Assembly: GCF_006345805.1 (NCBI RefSeq)
Contig: NC_043002.1
Coordinates: forward strand, 116,374,001-116,438,000
DNA: 64,000 nucleotides
Reading direction: 5' to 3'
Origin: Octopus sinensis
Taxonomy: Eukaryota
Shown piece after piece: positions 13,646-26,846 of the stretch (the stretch's first letter is position 1; every line of letters begins with the position of its first letter). The notes below the pieces were generated by a model. The model was not told where the DNA came from and searched no databases. It saw only the letters and a program-made list of their open reading frames with translations. A program made the position numbers and the translations under genes.

Positions 13646-13690
<45 letters not shown>
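13000..13690. repeat. (TAA)n then about 500-bp (CCT/CT)n polypyrimidine tract then (CTA)n
   Basis: Directly visible. Confidence 0.95.
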
Positions 13691-13714
13691 GTTTAAAATT
13701 TAAGCACAAAGCCA

Positions 13715-14060
13715 GCAATTATAAGAGAGGCTATTTAAGCGATAACATTAATCCCAGTACTTGACGGGTACTTATTTTATTGACCTCGAAATGTTAGATT
13801 TAAAGTCGAGCTCGACAGGATTTCAGCTTAGGATGTAAAGAGCCGGGGTAGTTTCAGATTGTGAACAAGGCCAGCTGTCTTGAGGGTATTAGTCACCAAT
13901 AATTCACTGGAACTTTACTTTATCGACTCCAGAGAGTGATTAAAGGTAAAGTTCAAATTTCCTGTCGGAATTTGAACTCAGAATCTAAAGAACCGGAAGA
14001 AATACCGCAAGGGATCTTTTTTCCAATACCCTGACGATCCTGCAAGATCATCGCCTTAAT
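13715..14060 (-). mobile_element. Two decayed Nin-type SINE fragments
   Basis: tacttattttattgacctcgaaa..aaagtcgagctcgacagg and ttatcgactcc..ggaatttgaactcagaa motifs. Confidence 0.6.
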
Positions 14061-14072
14061 GATGACGACGAC

Positions 14073-14108
<36 letters not shown>

Positions 14109-14115
14109 AATAATA

Positions 14116-14174
<59 letters not shown>

Positions 14175-15548
14175 GCGAGAAACAGGATCGAAGTGATCGA
14201 AGCCATACCAGTCGTGACTTACAGTTTCAATATCGTTAACTGGTTAATTACTGAAATATGTAATCTTGACAGAAAAATACGAAAACTGTTGACAATGCAT
14301 AGAATACACCACCCTAAGGCAGATATAGAACGACTTTATCTGCCAAGGAAAGAGGGAGGTCGTGGACTTTTACAACTGGCAATAACAATGAAGATTGCTA
14401 CAATTGGCCTAGACACCTATCTGAAAAACTCTGAGGACTGGATGTTAAAACTTGTCTCAAAACATGAAAACAAGGAAGCATCATACTCAGTAATAAAACA
14501 GGCCAAGGAATATCTAAGTGAATTCCGAATACAACAAATTTCGGAATTAGACATACAAGAAACAAGCACAGAAAAAGCTAAACGCATGAACACCCGTGCT
14601 AAAACTGCTGCCTTAGATATTCTGAATGGCAAGAAAAACCTCTCAATGGCAAATACTCAAAGAGAGTGAATAATGCAGATGTTGACAAAGCCCTGGCCCA
14701 TCAATGGCTAATGGCCTCTGGCTTAAAATGTGAAACAGAAGCGTTTATCATGCCTACCAACAAGGAACTACCAGGCCAACATATTAAAGAACGGCAGTAG
14801 CCCAACATGTCGAGTATGTCAACAACAAAATGAAACCATTGATCATGTTGTCTCCAAGTGTAGTCTTCTAGCGCCTACAGAGTATCTCAACAAGCATAAT
14901 AGAGCTGCACAATGTATTCACAGGGTAATCTGCAAAAACCTGGATTTGCCCCATGAAAAAAACTGGTGGGAGCACAAACCACCTCCAGTGCTTGAAAATG
15001 ACCACATTTCACTCTTCTGGAACTTCCCCATTCAAACTGACTGAAAGATAGATGCAAATAGGCCAGACATCATATTGAAAGACTTCAAACAAAGAACATG
15101 CCTCCTCATTGATATGGCTGTCCCAATCGATATAAACGTATCTGTCAAGACCTACCAAAAACTGAGCAAATATAAAGATCTTGAAATAGAAATCAGTAAA
15201 ATGTGGAACCTGAAGACTAAAATAATACATGTTGTCATAGGTGCCCTGGGAATGATAGCAAAAGGGGCTGATCGCTACCTAACCAGGAAACCCCAAAATG
15301 GCAGAAATTCAAAAGATAATGCTCATATCCTACGTAAAATACTTTCTATGTAATCTCAAGGTTTAAAACAAACATAATTTTCTTTCTTGTTTTTTTTTAG
15401 ACATTCACTAGTACAACACTAAATACAAAACCAAATATATGGCACACTAGGCATAACAACAACGTGAACTTCCAACCTGTTGTCTCTTGAGGTCTCTGGG
15501 TGAGACTTGGAGCCAACTTGTACAAATATAATGCAAAAGTCAAACATA

Positions 15549-15550
<2 letters not shown>
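14175..15550 (+). mobile_element. R4/Dong-clade LINE, 5'-truncated, with restriction-like endonuclease
   Basis: ERLYLPRKEGGRGLL, CCHC finger CRVCQQQNETIDHVVSKC, ANRPDIILKD..LIDMAVP..KLSKYKDL (PD-D/ExK); flanked by (TAA)n on both sides. Confidence 0.9.
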
Positions 15551-15580
<30 letters not shown>

Positions 15581-15583
<3 letters not shown>

Positions 15584-16624
15584 GCAACTCCATGGCCAAA
15601 TCCTTGCATGACTTGACAGATAAGTGCACCTAATTAAAAGCTTACAATGGCTCAAAAGGTGTGGACTAAAAGCTGAAACGGAAGGACCGATTCTCGCTGC
15701 AGAAGACTAATGTCTAACCACAAACAACTATAAAACCAAAATAATGAAAACAGGGTCCAACACCAAATGCAGAATGTGCAACCAGCACAATGAGACAGTT
15801 GACCACATCATCTCTGGTTGTCCAGTCCTTACCAAATCTGAATAAATATATAGACATGACCGAATAAGTAGTCATATGTACTGGACAATATGCCAACATA
15901 AAAACTGATCAGAAATGATATAAACATATGCTAAACAAGGTACATGACAACGACCAGGTCACAATCATCTGGGGTATGCCTATTCAAACTGATAAATAAA
16001 AGTTAATCACCCAGACATAATCAAGGATTCAAAGAAAAACAACAACAAAACACCTGCTTACAGATAGACATTGCAGTCCGTTTTGACCAAGATATTACCG
16101 AAAGGAAGTGGAACAAACTGTCAAAGTACAACGACCTCGAAATTGAAATATTCAAAATATGGGGCATGAAGGTGAAAACAATAACAATAATAACAATAAA
16201 AGAACAAACAACGTATGCACAAAAACGTAGAAGCCATACCTGGACTTTCAACACTACATACTATCCAAAAAATAACCCTGCTAGGAACAACCCACATGAT
16301 GCGCAAGACATTATCAATTCAGTAATACAACCCTCCCCATCCCGCACAAAAAAAGACACACTTTATAAACAACCACATACAGGCCGAATACCCAACAGAA
16401 GAACACAACTGGTATTACACACACTGCACACAATACGAACACTAATGCAACAAAAGGCTGCAACCAAACTCCGTAATAAAACAAAGTGATGTAAGACAAT
16501 ACTGGGACGAGTTTTCACACTCCCAACAACAATAACGAACACATAATGTTGCACCCCCCCCCCAGTAACATGGAGGTGTAGCAGGCGATGCAGTAGAAAT
16601 TTGCATGAAAGTACCAAATGGTGT

Positions 16625-16625
<1 letters not shown>
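15581..16625 (+). mobile_element. Second, more decayed R4/Dong-clade LINE fragment
   Basis: LHGQ..LQWLKRCGLKAETEG, CRMCNQHNETVDHIISGCPVL, DIAVRFDQ..KLSKYNDLEIEI. Confidence 0.8.
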
Positions 16626-17292
<667 letters not shown>

Positions 17293-18179
17293 GTATGTTT
17301 GCATGAGCGCGTGCACGTGTATGCATGTGTCTTTGCCTTTGTGATTCTCTCCATAAACAAACGAATACCAGTTGGTTTATTTATGGCCTCGTAAATTAAT
17401 ACAAAACGAAACCGATAGAATAAGTACGAGATTTAAAAACCGATTCCTGTGTTCGATATGATCGATTATACACTTCGAAGTCCAATAAATGAACCAAGTA
17501 AAAGAATAATATAAATGTATACGTATGTAAGTATGCATTTATTGAATAGGGTATAGCACAAAAGCATGCGATCTTTTGATGCTAAAATCATACAAGAATA
17601 CTTCTCTTTAACGCGATGACATACATTTTCGCTTTTAATACATTCTGGGAAATTTAACAGAATATGGTAATTGATGTTTTATTTCGGATACCTTCTCCTT
17701 TCAGAAGATGCATGTTCGCAACACACTTGATTCATTGAAGTAAGGAGTTGCTGGTGTTTACACCTGGATATGGCTCTTCAGTCTAAATAAACTATTTTGG
17801 AACAATGAATCTAATGTGTTCTCCGAAGACAAAATACTACAATGGTGATATATTTACGTTCAAATCTGCCGGAACGTATTATGAATGAAAATGTCTGTCA
17901 TCGTTTTCAGTCTCGCTGTTTTTCGTGCTCGTGATTTTGACAGGCATCAGAATACATCAGCAAATGTTAAATTCTCTAAATAATGAAAAAAAAGTATTTT
18001 CTTGCTTCATTCATGGATGCAGGTGTTGTGTCTCAAAGTTCCCTTAAATCAGTGAATCGAATATGTTGTGAACCTATATCGTCTGAAAGGAGGTATTCTT
18101 AACACTGTTGACTCAAAACAAGGACTGAAGTGTTATTGATCATGCACAGACTCAAAGCCAATTCATTAGAAACCATCAA

Positions 18180-18765
18180 AACTTTGTAACAAAGCAGAAT
18201 ACGGTAACTACAAATATATGTAGATGAGGAAGAAACAATTAAATTACCCAGGATAAATTAATTGACCTGACAGTATTGGGTCTTATTTACTTTGAAAGTC
18301 ATGCCAGCACTATGAAATGCCACCCAGAACAGATGGTATCGACACTCACAAAGAAAGGTATCGGAGAATGCCAAAGCAGCCACACTCTGAGATAAACCAT
18401 AATACGCAGTATGGGAAACCAAGACTAATCGACCAGATATTGTTGTCAATGACCACAAGTTAATGAAATTCTCTTTAATCGGTATATCAACCCCAACAGA
18501 AATTAAAGATCTGAAAAAAGACAGAAAACAACTCCCCCCAACAAAAAAACCCAAAAAACAAAAAACAAAAAACAAAAGCTAAAAGCGATAACCTGAAGAA
18601 TAAGAAAACGAATAAGAACAACGACAGTAACCGCATCAGGGATTTTAAACGTAAGTGATTGGTGTTTGATTGCGCAGGGAAAGCATCCAGTAACAATGGT
18701 TAAAAAAGAACAATGAATTATATCGAAAACAATTCAAAGACATTTTTCATCCCGAATACGCACAT

Positions 18766-18844
<79 letters not shown>

Positions 18845-21800
18845 ACACACACACACACACATACACACATACACACACACACACGCATACACCAACACAC
18901 ACACACGAGGCACTGCAAAAAGCATATATGGTTATATAAGTCAACAAAGCTATAACCAAAAACAGTTGAAATATAAAAGGGGCAGAGCATCGAATGGATT
19001 AGATTGCTACTCGAAACCTTTTAATAGAGTTCCGCACACTTGCAGCTATGAGTGATTTACATCAGATACAGGTAACAGTCAGCAGATACTGGTAACTGGT
19101 CATGAGTTAATAGTAAATAATTCTGCAAGTCTCAAGATATAGACAAAAAGAAGGGATTATATGACCATCTCTATTAGAAGAGCAGTAGTTCAAGGGATCT
19201 CCCTCCATATGCTTTTTCTGTTTGACACTAATTAACCGTTACCCAACGTAATATATTAAACTAAATGCAGTTACAAATGCTATAGAAAGGCACTCAAGCA
19301 GCGTTAGGAAACGATGACTTCAAGTTATGCCATGCAGGTGGTAAACATGTAGAAACCCTACTTACAGACAGGCTACAGACTTAGAGGACTTGATATGAAA
19401 CTCGGATGAGAAAAACACATTGAAAAGGGGAAAAATCGAGAGCAGCAATATAGTGATCGAGAAAGAAACGAATATAAGAGTGTTAGAAAACTTAAGGACT
19501 TAATGACTCTTTGGAGTCCTTGAACAAGACAGAGTGTTAGACATAAATGTATGATGGGTAATGTACTGAAAAAGCAATATTATACATATATTAAGGTAAT
19601 AACAGGGCTAAATGCCAAATGCAATGCACATAATATCATTACTCTTGCTCTGTTATAATTTTTTTGTATTGAACTCTCAGCGAATTAGCAATATTAGTCA
19701 GGAAAGAAAAATAATGGCTGTATTATGACTGAATACACCACCAAAAGATTGACATAGAAAGATTTATTTACGATGAGTACTAAGACAGTGACTCATATGT
19801 GACCAGAAAATATCCATTGAAAATCTGCGAAAGTATACAATGAAAAACAATAAAAACTAATACAAATAGTTACAAAGTACACAGTAAACTACAATTATTT
19901 CCTGTCTTTAATGAAGCATATATAAAACAGAGGCTTAGATCTGACGGTAATGGGACGGATAAGAGAAAAAGAACAACAGAAATTGTGAAAGGTAGAAATT
20001 TATGTATGTCTATGCAATGGCACACTAAAATGATAGTAAGAAAACCTAAAGCATAGTCAACATACGAAAAAGAAAACAAACCTAGAGTTGGCAAAGAAAA
20101 ATACAGACAATTGTTGAGACATACAGAGCTGAAAGCAGGGATTAAATTTTTGTTGACTTCAGTAGATGATCAAAACCTCCCCCAAAAGAAGGCGCCAGAA
20201 GCATGTAGTGAATCTGAATACAAGAATATGTAGAAATTGGAAAGAAACAAATATATAGCCTGTGATTTCCCAGTCTTTGACATCGAAGAATATGTTTACA
20301 AGCATGATAGACTCGCTATTTCATACAGTGGTAATTATGTCAGTATTATGAAACGCTACAACAAAAAAGGTGGCATAATAAGCATACATCGGAAAAGTCT
20401 CAGAGTATGAGAAAACAATTATATTCTGGGATGTACCAGTTTATTCAAAGAAGATCAAAACTGATCGGCAGGTTACTACTGTCAAAGACAACCAGGAAAA
20501 GCATGTTCTCATAATGGAAGTATAAACTCTAATAAACAAAATTAAAATTACGCAAATATAGAGAGCTAGAAATAGAGATAACTAGAATATGGGGACAGAA
20601 AGCATAGACAATTGCTATAACAGTGAGAATGATTAGAATTATTAAAAATCATGGTATCAAATACATAACCCAAATCTCATAACTTACAATATGGACAATA
20701 TACAGAAAATAGCACTAATAGTTACTGCACTCGTATTGCCTAGAGTATTTTCGAATGCTAAACAAAATTACAAAACTAAACTAAACACTTTGCGTGCCCA
20801 AGGCCCATAGAGCCACGCAATAAAAGTAAAGCTACTGAAGAATAACTAGAATAACAGAAAAGTACGTGTCGGTAATGAATAACAACAAAGATGGTGAAAA
20901 ACTCTGTAAGAATAAAAAATATCCAATAATATTACCGTATCTGAGATCAATATCAATACATAAAAAATATAGCAATGTTGTCCAAATCTTTCGTAGATAT
21001 ATCTAATACATATTTTACGCTTTTCTGTCTTTATTATGCTCAAGAAACATTGTTTACATAATATACAATTCTACAATAACAAACGGGAATGGGACTCATA
21101 AACAAAGCAAAATGAACCAACTTGAGATAAAGCCATCACTATATAGCGATACACCAGCGATGTCCAATAAACCAAACAGCGATAAAAATATCTATTTGCT
21201 TCTTCAAGATTTATAATGAATATTGTATGGTGAGTTTAATGTGATGACGCTGTGAAGTACATGTAACACGAAGGTCATAAGCGGTGTCCTATCAAATCGT
21301 TAATGTCTGCTTCCTACTGCAAGCAACGTTCAACATAAAATAAATTGCAATAGGAAGATGAACTAAAGGCCGTTAACCCAGTGTTGCACGCATAAAACAC
21401 ATCCATACACTAGCTAATATACATTAGCCTCATCAAAATGGCCTACGAGAAAAGAAAAAAAGGATGTAACATGAATTAAATTAAATATGGTAGCACATGT
21501 ATAGTTTTATTATAAATTTCTAAAGTACAGAAATAGAAAAACTCATAGAAATAATACACGTTGGAAATAGAATAAAATAACTAGCCAAGTAAAAAAACGA
21601 TTAGCTCCTAAAACCCAAACTCTCATATTACAAGCAATCCCTTAAAGCAAAGTGGAAATATTTCAAGAGAAGTTACCACACCCAAGATATTACTACAAGA
21701 AAACAGCAATTTAAAATGAGGGCGAATATCACACAGTACCTTAATGAAAATAACCAAGCAAACATCCAGCTACACCGATAATAAATCCCAGCTGCACAAA

Positions 21801-22720
21801 GAACAAATAGAATAAAAAGTCATTAGCAATAGAGAAAAATCTACGAGAAACAATGAAGGAAATAGATGTGATCAATAGCGAATTTAATAAACATGAACCA
21901 ATTGAAACACCTTCACAAGCCACACATAAACAAAATTCTTCACAAAATGATAGCCAAATCCTGAAAGCATTTTTTTTTTATCATAGAACCAAATCCAAAT
22001 CTCACAGAAGACATGGCAGATAATTTGAACATCTGTCATGAACGTTTTTAATGAGAATAAGTTATTTGAAACAAATGCTGAGAGATTTAACGAGACATGA
22101 ATAAAAATGTATAAAACAGTATAATGCTAGTTGAACCTCCAACACCATCAGAAATCGAAATATATTGAGAAAAAATCAAACGAAAAAAAACATAACATCA
22201 AAACAAAACAAATAATACAGCGCAATAAATGCACACAATTTATTTGAAAGAAACTGAGGGAAATGTAAAACATGAACTAGCGGGAATTTACCAATACTGT
22301 AAAGATTACTAGTAAGAGAAAAACCTCAATTTCTAGACAAAATACTTAACCAGTATACTGGAATCTGTAGTATCAGCACTCAATATAATACTAAAAGAAC
22401 CGGAATCAACATGTAACTTGCTATAAGAGAGTGCAAAATACAAACCAATAACATGTTTACATACAAATTCTTGATATTTCTGGTATCTGGTCTCTCCGAC
22501 AGATTGGAAAGTAATAACATCCTACTAGAGGAGCAGGAAGGTAAGGAAAAGAAATTCACTTTCATGAAAAGCATCGATTAATGAACTGAAAATTTATTCA
22601 AGAAGAGAAAGGAAAACCTAATCCTGATATGGATTGAATACTACAAAAACATTTGACAGCATGTTAAATACATGCGTTATTTTGACAATACCATGTCGTA
22701 ATGGAAGCAACCATATCACT
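18180..22720 (+). mobile_element. Highly degraded L1/Tx1-like LINE remnants
   Basis: A-rich + strand with patchy ORF1-like sequence (18180-18440), endonuclease-like SRI..IF and SD motifs (20450-21170) and RT-like pieces (VVQGSP about 19170; KAFD-like about 22640); identified by eye only. Confidence 0.4.
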
Positions 22721-22729
22721 GACACTCTC

Positions 22730-22990
22730 TGATCTTCTTTGAAAACATCCAGACGTGCGCTGTTATACTCACTTCTTGAAAGCAACACCCACCTTGTTAG
22801 GTATCATCAAATCGTTATACACCAAATTGTCATCCCAGTGGCCGAAGAGGTGTAAGTCGGAGGGCGCCACATTCGGGATGTATTGTGGATGAGGAAGCAC
22901 TCACTGGTCCAATTTGCCTATTCCCTAATTTCTGGCCAAAGATGTATGTAGTTGCGCGTTGTCATAGAAAATATGGATCATTTTTAGAGT
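22730..22990 (-). mobile_element. mariner transposase relic
   Basis: Minus strand IFYDNAQLH..LPHPQYIPNVAPSDLHLF, corresponding to HDNARPH..HPPYSPDLAPSDYHLF. Confidence 0.75.
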
Positions 22991-23231
22991 CTTGTTCCTC
23001 TTCATAGTTTCCTTAGCTTATTGCGTGCCGCCTCAGTGGAATTTGAACTTAGAATACAAAGATCCGAAACAAAAAACCACAAGACATTTTTTCCCATTAC
23101 TCAAACGATTCTGCCAAATAAGATTCAACACTATAAATAAGAATGTGTCAATAGATTCTAGACTACATAGGCAAACAAGACCATTTTATTCCCCACCGAT
23201 CATTCTGAAGCTAAAATAGAAATACTATAGC

Positions 23232-23271
<40 letters not shown>

Positions 23272-23395
23272 CCACACACACACACTTACTTATTTTTAAG
23301 AAACATTTTTTTATTAAGAATTCAATGGAATTACGTAAACCTCATCTTTCATTTTACAAAATGTGTCTTAGTAATAAGTTTCAGCCTATAAAGTC

Positions 23396-23830
23396 TGCAA
23401 GGCGGCCAGCTGGCAGAATCGTGAGCAGGTCGGGCAAAATGCGTAGAATTTCGTCCGCCTTTATGTTCTAAGTTCATATTCTGTCGAGATCGACTTTGCC
23501 TTTCATCCTTTCGACGTTGATAAAATAATTACCAGTTGAGAACTGGGGTCGATGTAATAGACTTACTCCCTCCTTCGAAATTGCTGGCCTTGTACCAAGA
23601 TTTGAAACCAAAGTATAGCGTTTCTAGTGTAGTGAATTGGTAGAACCACTAGAGATTCGGAGAAATTGCTTTGCGATATTTGTTCTTGCTCTTTACGTTC
23701 TGAGTTCAAGAACGGCCGAGGCCAACTTTGCCAATGAAACAAACCAAAAGTTAAATAGTGGCGTCGATAGTACCGACTCGCCCTTCCTCTTAAAATTACT
23801 GGCCTTGTACCTGAGTCAGAAATCAATATA
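23396..23830 (+). mobile_element. Two tandem Nin-type SINEs
   Basis: aggcggccagctggcagaatc..gagatcgactttgcctttcatcctttcg; second copy from about 23625. Confidence 0.8.
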
Positions 23831-24824
23831 TAACTTTTGCCCTTACACACAATTTTTGTGTGACTCATTATTGAAATTTCTCACAAGCAAGTTAGTATTT
23901 AAAAATTTTAAAAGATACTTTTGAAATACTACTTCGCAGCGAAATTTGGTCAAAGATACAAATAATTATTCTTAGTATTACATTATTGAGTAGATATAGA
24001 GAAGCAAATGTTCCAATTAAAATATATATCTTTCTGCTTAGTCTCAATCGTGAAATACTATATTCAAGTTATCTGAGTTTAAAAGGGAAAGTAATTCGGA
24101 ATCATAAGATTACAGTTATTACTTTAAAAGAAACATGAAGACATTATTATTTTATACGAAGTCTGCTTTGCTGATTTTTTTTTACTTTCAGATCGTTTCC
24201 TCTCTGATGACTATTATTCTCTACTAACCGCCTTTTCTTTGATGGACTTCTATCGACGAAAATTTTAATCTGATGACTTCTTAACTTTTTTTAACGTAGT
24301 TAATTATCCCTCCGCTCTTCTAAATACAGATACAGGCGTCACTTGTCTCTAACAGCTGACACCAATGATCACGCGTAGAAGCTTAATTATGGCTGTCATC
24401 TTCGCTACGTTCCAACCATTAGGATTTCCTCATTAAACTAATGAGCAAAATAATACACCATTTTTTTCGAATTTTGAAACATTATTTCAAGCTCCTAATA
24501 TGAAAAACAAGTTATTTTAAAACATATTTTTTACGGGAATAAGAAAACAGCTTCTGTAAGCGACAAATGTTGACCATCTAAGTCAAACGTAGTTCTAACA
24601 TTTAGTCTCAGGTTATTAAAAAATGGAAAATGAAAGCCCTAGTATATTTGTCTGTCATCACATTCTAGTGTGTCGTCCTGTATATTTGTACAGTTAAACT
24701 ATGAAATGCTTAACTTAAATAACCATCACACAAAATAAAGAAGCAACCACTGTTTGTTGCAGGAAGCTATAAGATATTGTGCACTCGGCTCTAAGCGCCC
24801 TGCGTTTTATAGCAGAATGAAGAC

Positions 24825-24876
24825 GATTACGTAATTTCTGTTCTTTTGTCATTAATTAATCCAGATATTATATATA

Positions 24877-24962
<86 letters not shown>

Positions 24963-25075
24963 TATATATATACATATATATACATATATACATACATATA
25001 TATATATATATAATATATATATATATATATAATATCTCGATTAATTAATGACAAAAGAACAGAAATTACGTAATC
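24825..25075. repeat. About 46-bp inverted repeat enclosing a (TA)n spacer
   Basis: gattacgtaatttctgttcttttgtcattaattaatc..atatt versus its reverse complement at 25031-25075. Confidence 0.9.
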
Positions 25076-25087
25076 ATCTTTTATATA

Positions 25088-25196
25088 TATTACTAGTTAG
25101 CGACAACATGTATATACATAGAAAACACTCACGCATACACACACATATATACAATATATATATATACAAATGTGTGTGTACATGTATGTATGTATG

Positions 25197-25227
<31 letters not shown>

Positions 25228-25345
25228 ATTACTAGGTAGCGACGACATATATATACATAGAAAAACACTCACGCATACATACACACATATATATATACAA
25301 TATATATATATAAATGTGTGTGTATATGTATGTATGTATATTACT
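25088..25345. repeat. Tandem duplication of an approximately 130-140-bp unit
   Basis: tattactag.tagcgac.aca..atatacatagaaaacactcacgcatac occurs twice. Confidence 0.85.
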
Positions 25346-25389
25346 TTGTAGTATTAGATTTGGGTTTTACCATGGGAATCACACTGTTG

Positions 25390-25674
25390 CCAATTTAGAT
25401 TGGTTGACATTAAAACGCCCATTTATGATCGGAGATAAACGCATAAGCAATCAATGAGAATGGCTGATTATTCAACAATTATTGGATTGGCTTCATTTAG
25501 TAATGTCATATACTGACGAAAAGAAGGGCTCGAAGCGGGATATTTTCATATCTCTATAAACACCAATTTTACCGGGAGTAATCGATTTTTTTTTCATTGC
25601 TAATATATAGTCGTTTTATAGAATTCGTAAACTCCTCCCATGCTCTGAATTGTTTGCAATAGTTCAGTGCCAAT
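25390..25674 (+). promoter_or_regulatory. Candidate proximal promoter with CCAAT/ATTGG cluster
   Basis: CCAAT 25390, ATTGG 25399, 25481, 25486, CCAAT 25670, upstream of ATG 25793. Acceptor-like sites near 25717 and 25730 mean a 5'UTR intron is also possible. Confidence 0.25.
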
Positions 25675-25792
25675 AAAGCACTTATGGAAATGACAGCTGC
25701 TTCTCATGTTATTTTAGTCGCTATTTCAGCTGTTTGTTCGTTATTCTCAACACTTTTAATATCTTAAGAGGTAATATTAATACGCTATCATC

Positions 25793-25916
25793 ATGAAAGC
25801 TAAAAAAGAAATCCCTTTCCCTCTATTCATGTTAACCATGCTTCTCGTTATCATGGAATCAACAACTGCAGATGAAGGGGATGCAATGAGCAACACCAAC
25901 TATTTTGTGAAAGCAG
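25793..25916 (+). CDS. Ionotropic glutamate receptor-like gene, coding exon 1 (signal peptide)
   Basis: MKAKKEIPFPLFMLTMLLVIMESTTADEGDAMSNTNYFVKA+G; in-frame TAA upstream of the ATG; donor CAG|GTATTT; phase 1 matches exon 2. Confidence 0.72.
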
Positions 25917-26220
25917 GTATTTTACTCAGTCGCTTTTTATTAGCAACATTATCGATAAATTAAAAAAAAAGTTTACATACATGTGTATGTATACGCGTGC
26001 GCGCGTACGTATTTATGCATGTGTGAATGCAAGTTCTTGTTGTTACATGTGCCTTTTCAAAAATTAAACACGAGTATATTTACATTAGTGTATAAATACG
26101 CAATGTCTTTCTGACTTATCGAGTTAATAATTTGTGTTAAATATGATTTTGTATGCACGCGTTTATGTCATAATTTCGTTCTTTTTCTTTTTACAAAAAA
26201 AAAAACAAAAAAAAAAAACA

Positions 26221-26390
26221 GTCAGCGAGTTGTCAGGATCGTTTGCTTGACGGAAAAATGCCCCGTGATATTTGTTCCGAGTCTTTTCGTTCTAAGAGCA
26301 TATTCCACCGAGGTCAAATTTACCTTTTTTCATGTTGGTAGACGATAAAAAATAAGTATCATTCAAGTACTGGAGGCGATAGTATTGCCA
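26221..26390 (+). mobile_element. Nin-type SINE, decayed
   Basis: cagcgagttgtcaggatcgtt..attccaccgaggtcaaatttacctttt. Confidence 0.6.
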
Positions 26391-26796
26391 AATCTCTTAT
26401 ATGTATATATACATGTGCGTGTGTGTGTATAGATAGATAGACATATATATATAATTTGATATTCCTATAATGTACAGATGACATGATTTTAGGCTATCCT
26501 CGTGTAGCATTCTTGACAATAATAGCTAGTAATTGATCTCCAGGCTTTTCGTTAGTTGCTGTTAAGCAGTGATATTTTTTCCTTTGGAATACGAAGTGAT
26601 TATAGGCATGAAATGCTATCTCAAATTACCAATTTTTTAATATCTTAATATAACGGATATACATGTATATGTACCTGTGTATGTGCGTGTGTCTCTGTGT
26701 GCATGCGCGCCCATCTTGTGCATTCATACGTGCATTCATATATACGTACATACATGCATACACACACACACACACATATATATATACATACACGCC

Positions 26797-26846
<50 letters not shown>

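Noticed and set aside
17715-17785. CUGAAGA with a downstream GAAC..AUC on the minus strand
   Set aside because: GAAA is incomplete and helices I and II do not pair convincingly.
24204-24276. Two CTGATGA motifs with an intervening GAAA
   Set aside because: No helix I or II pairing. The region could instead be a 5'UTR exon (acceptor at 24191), but no clear donor was found.
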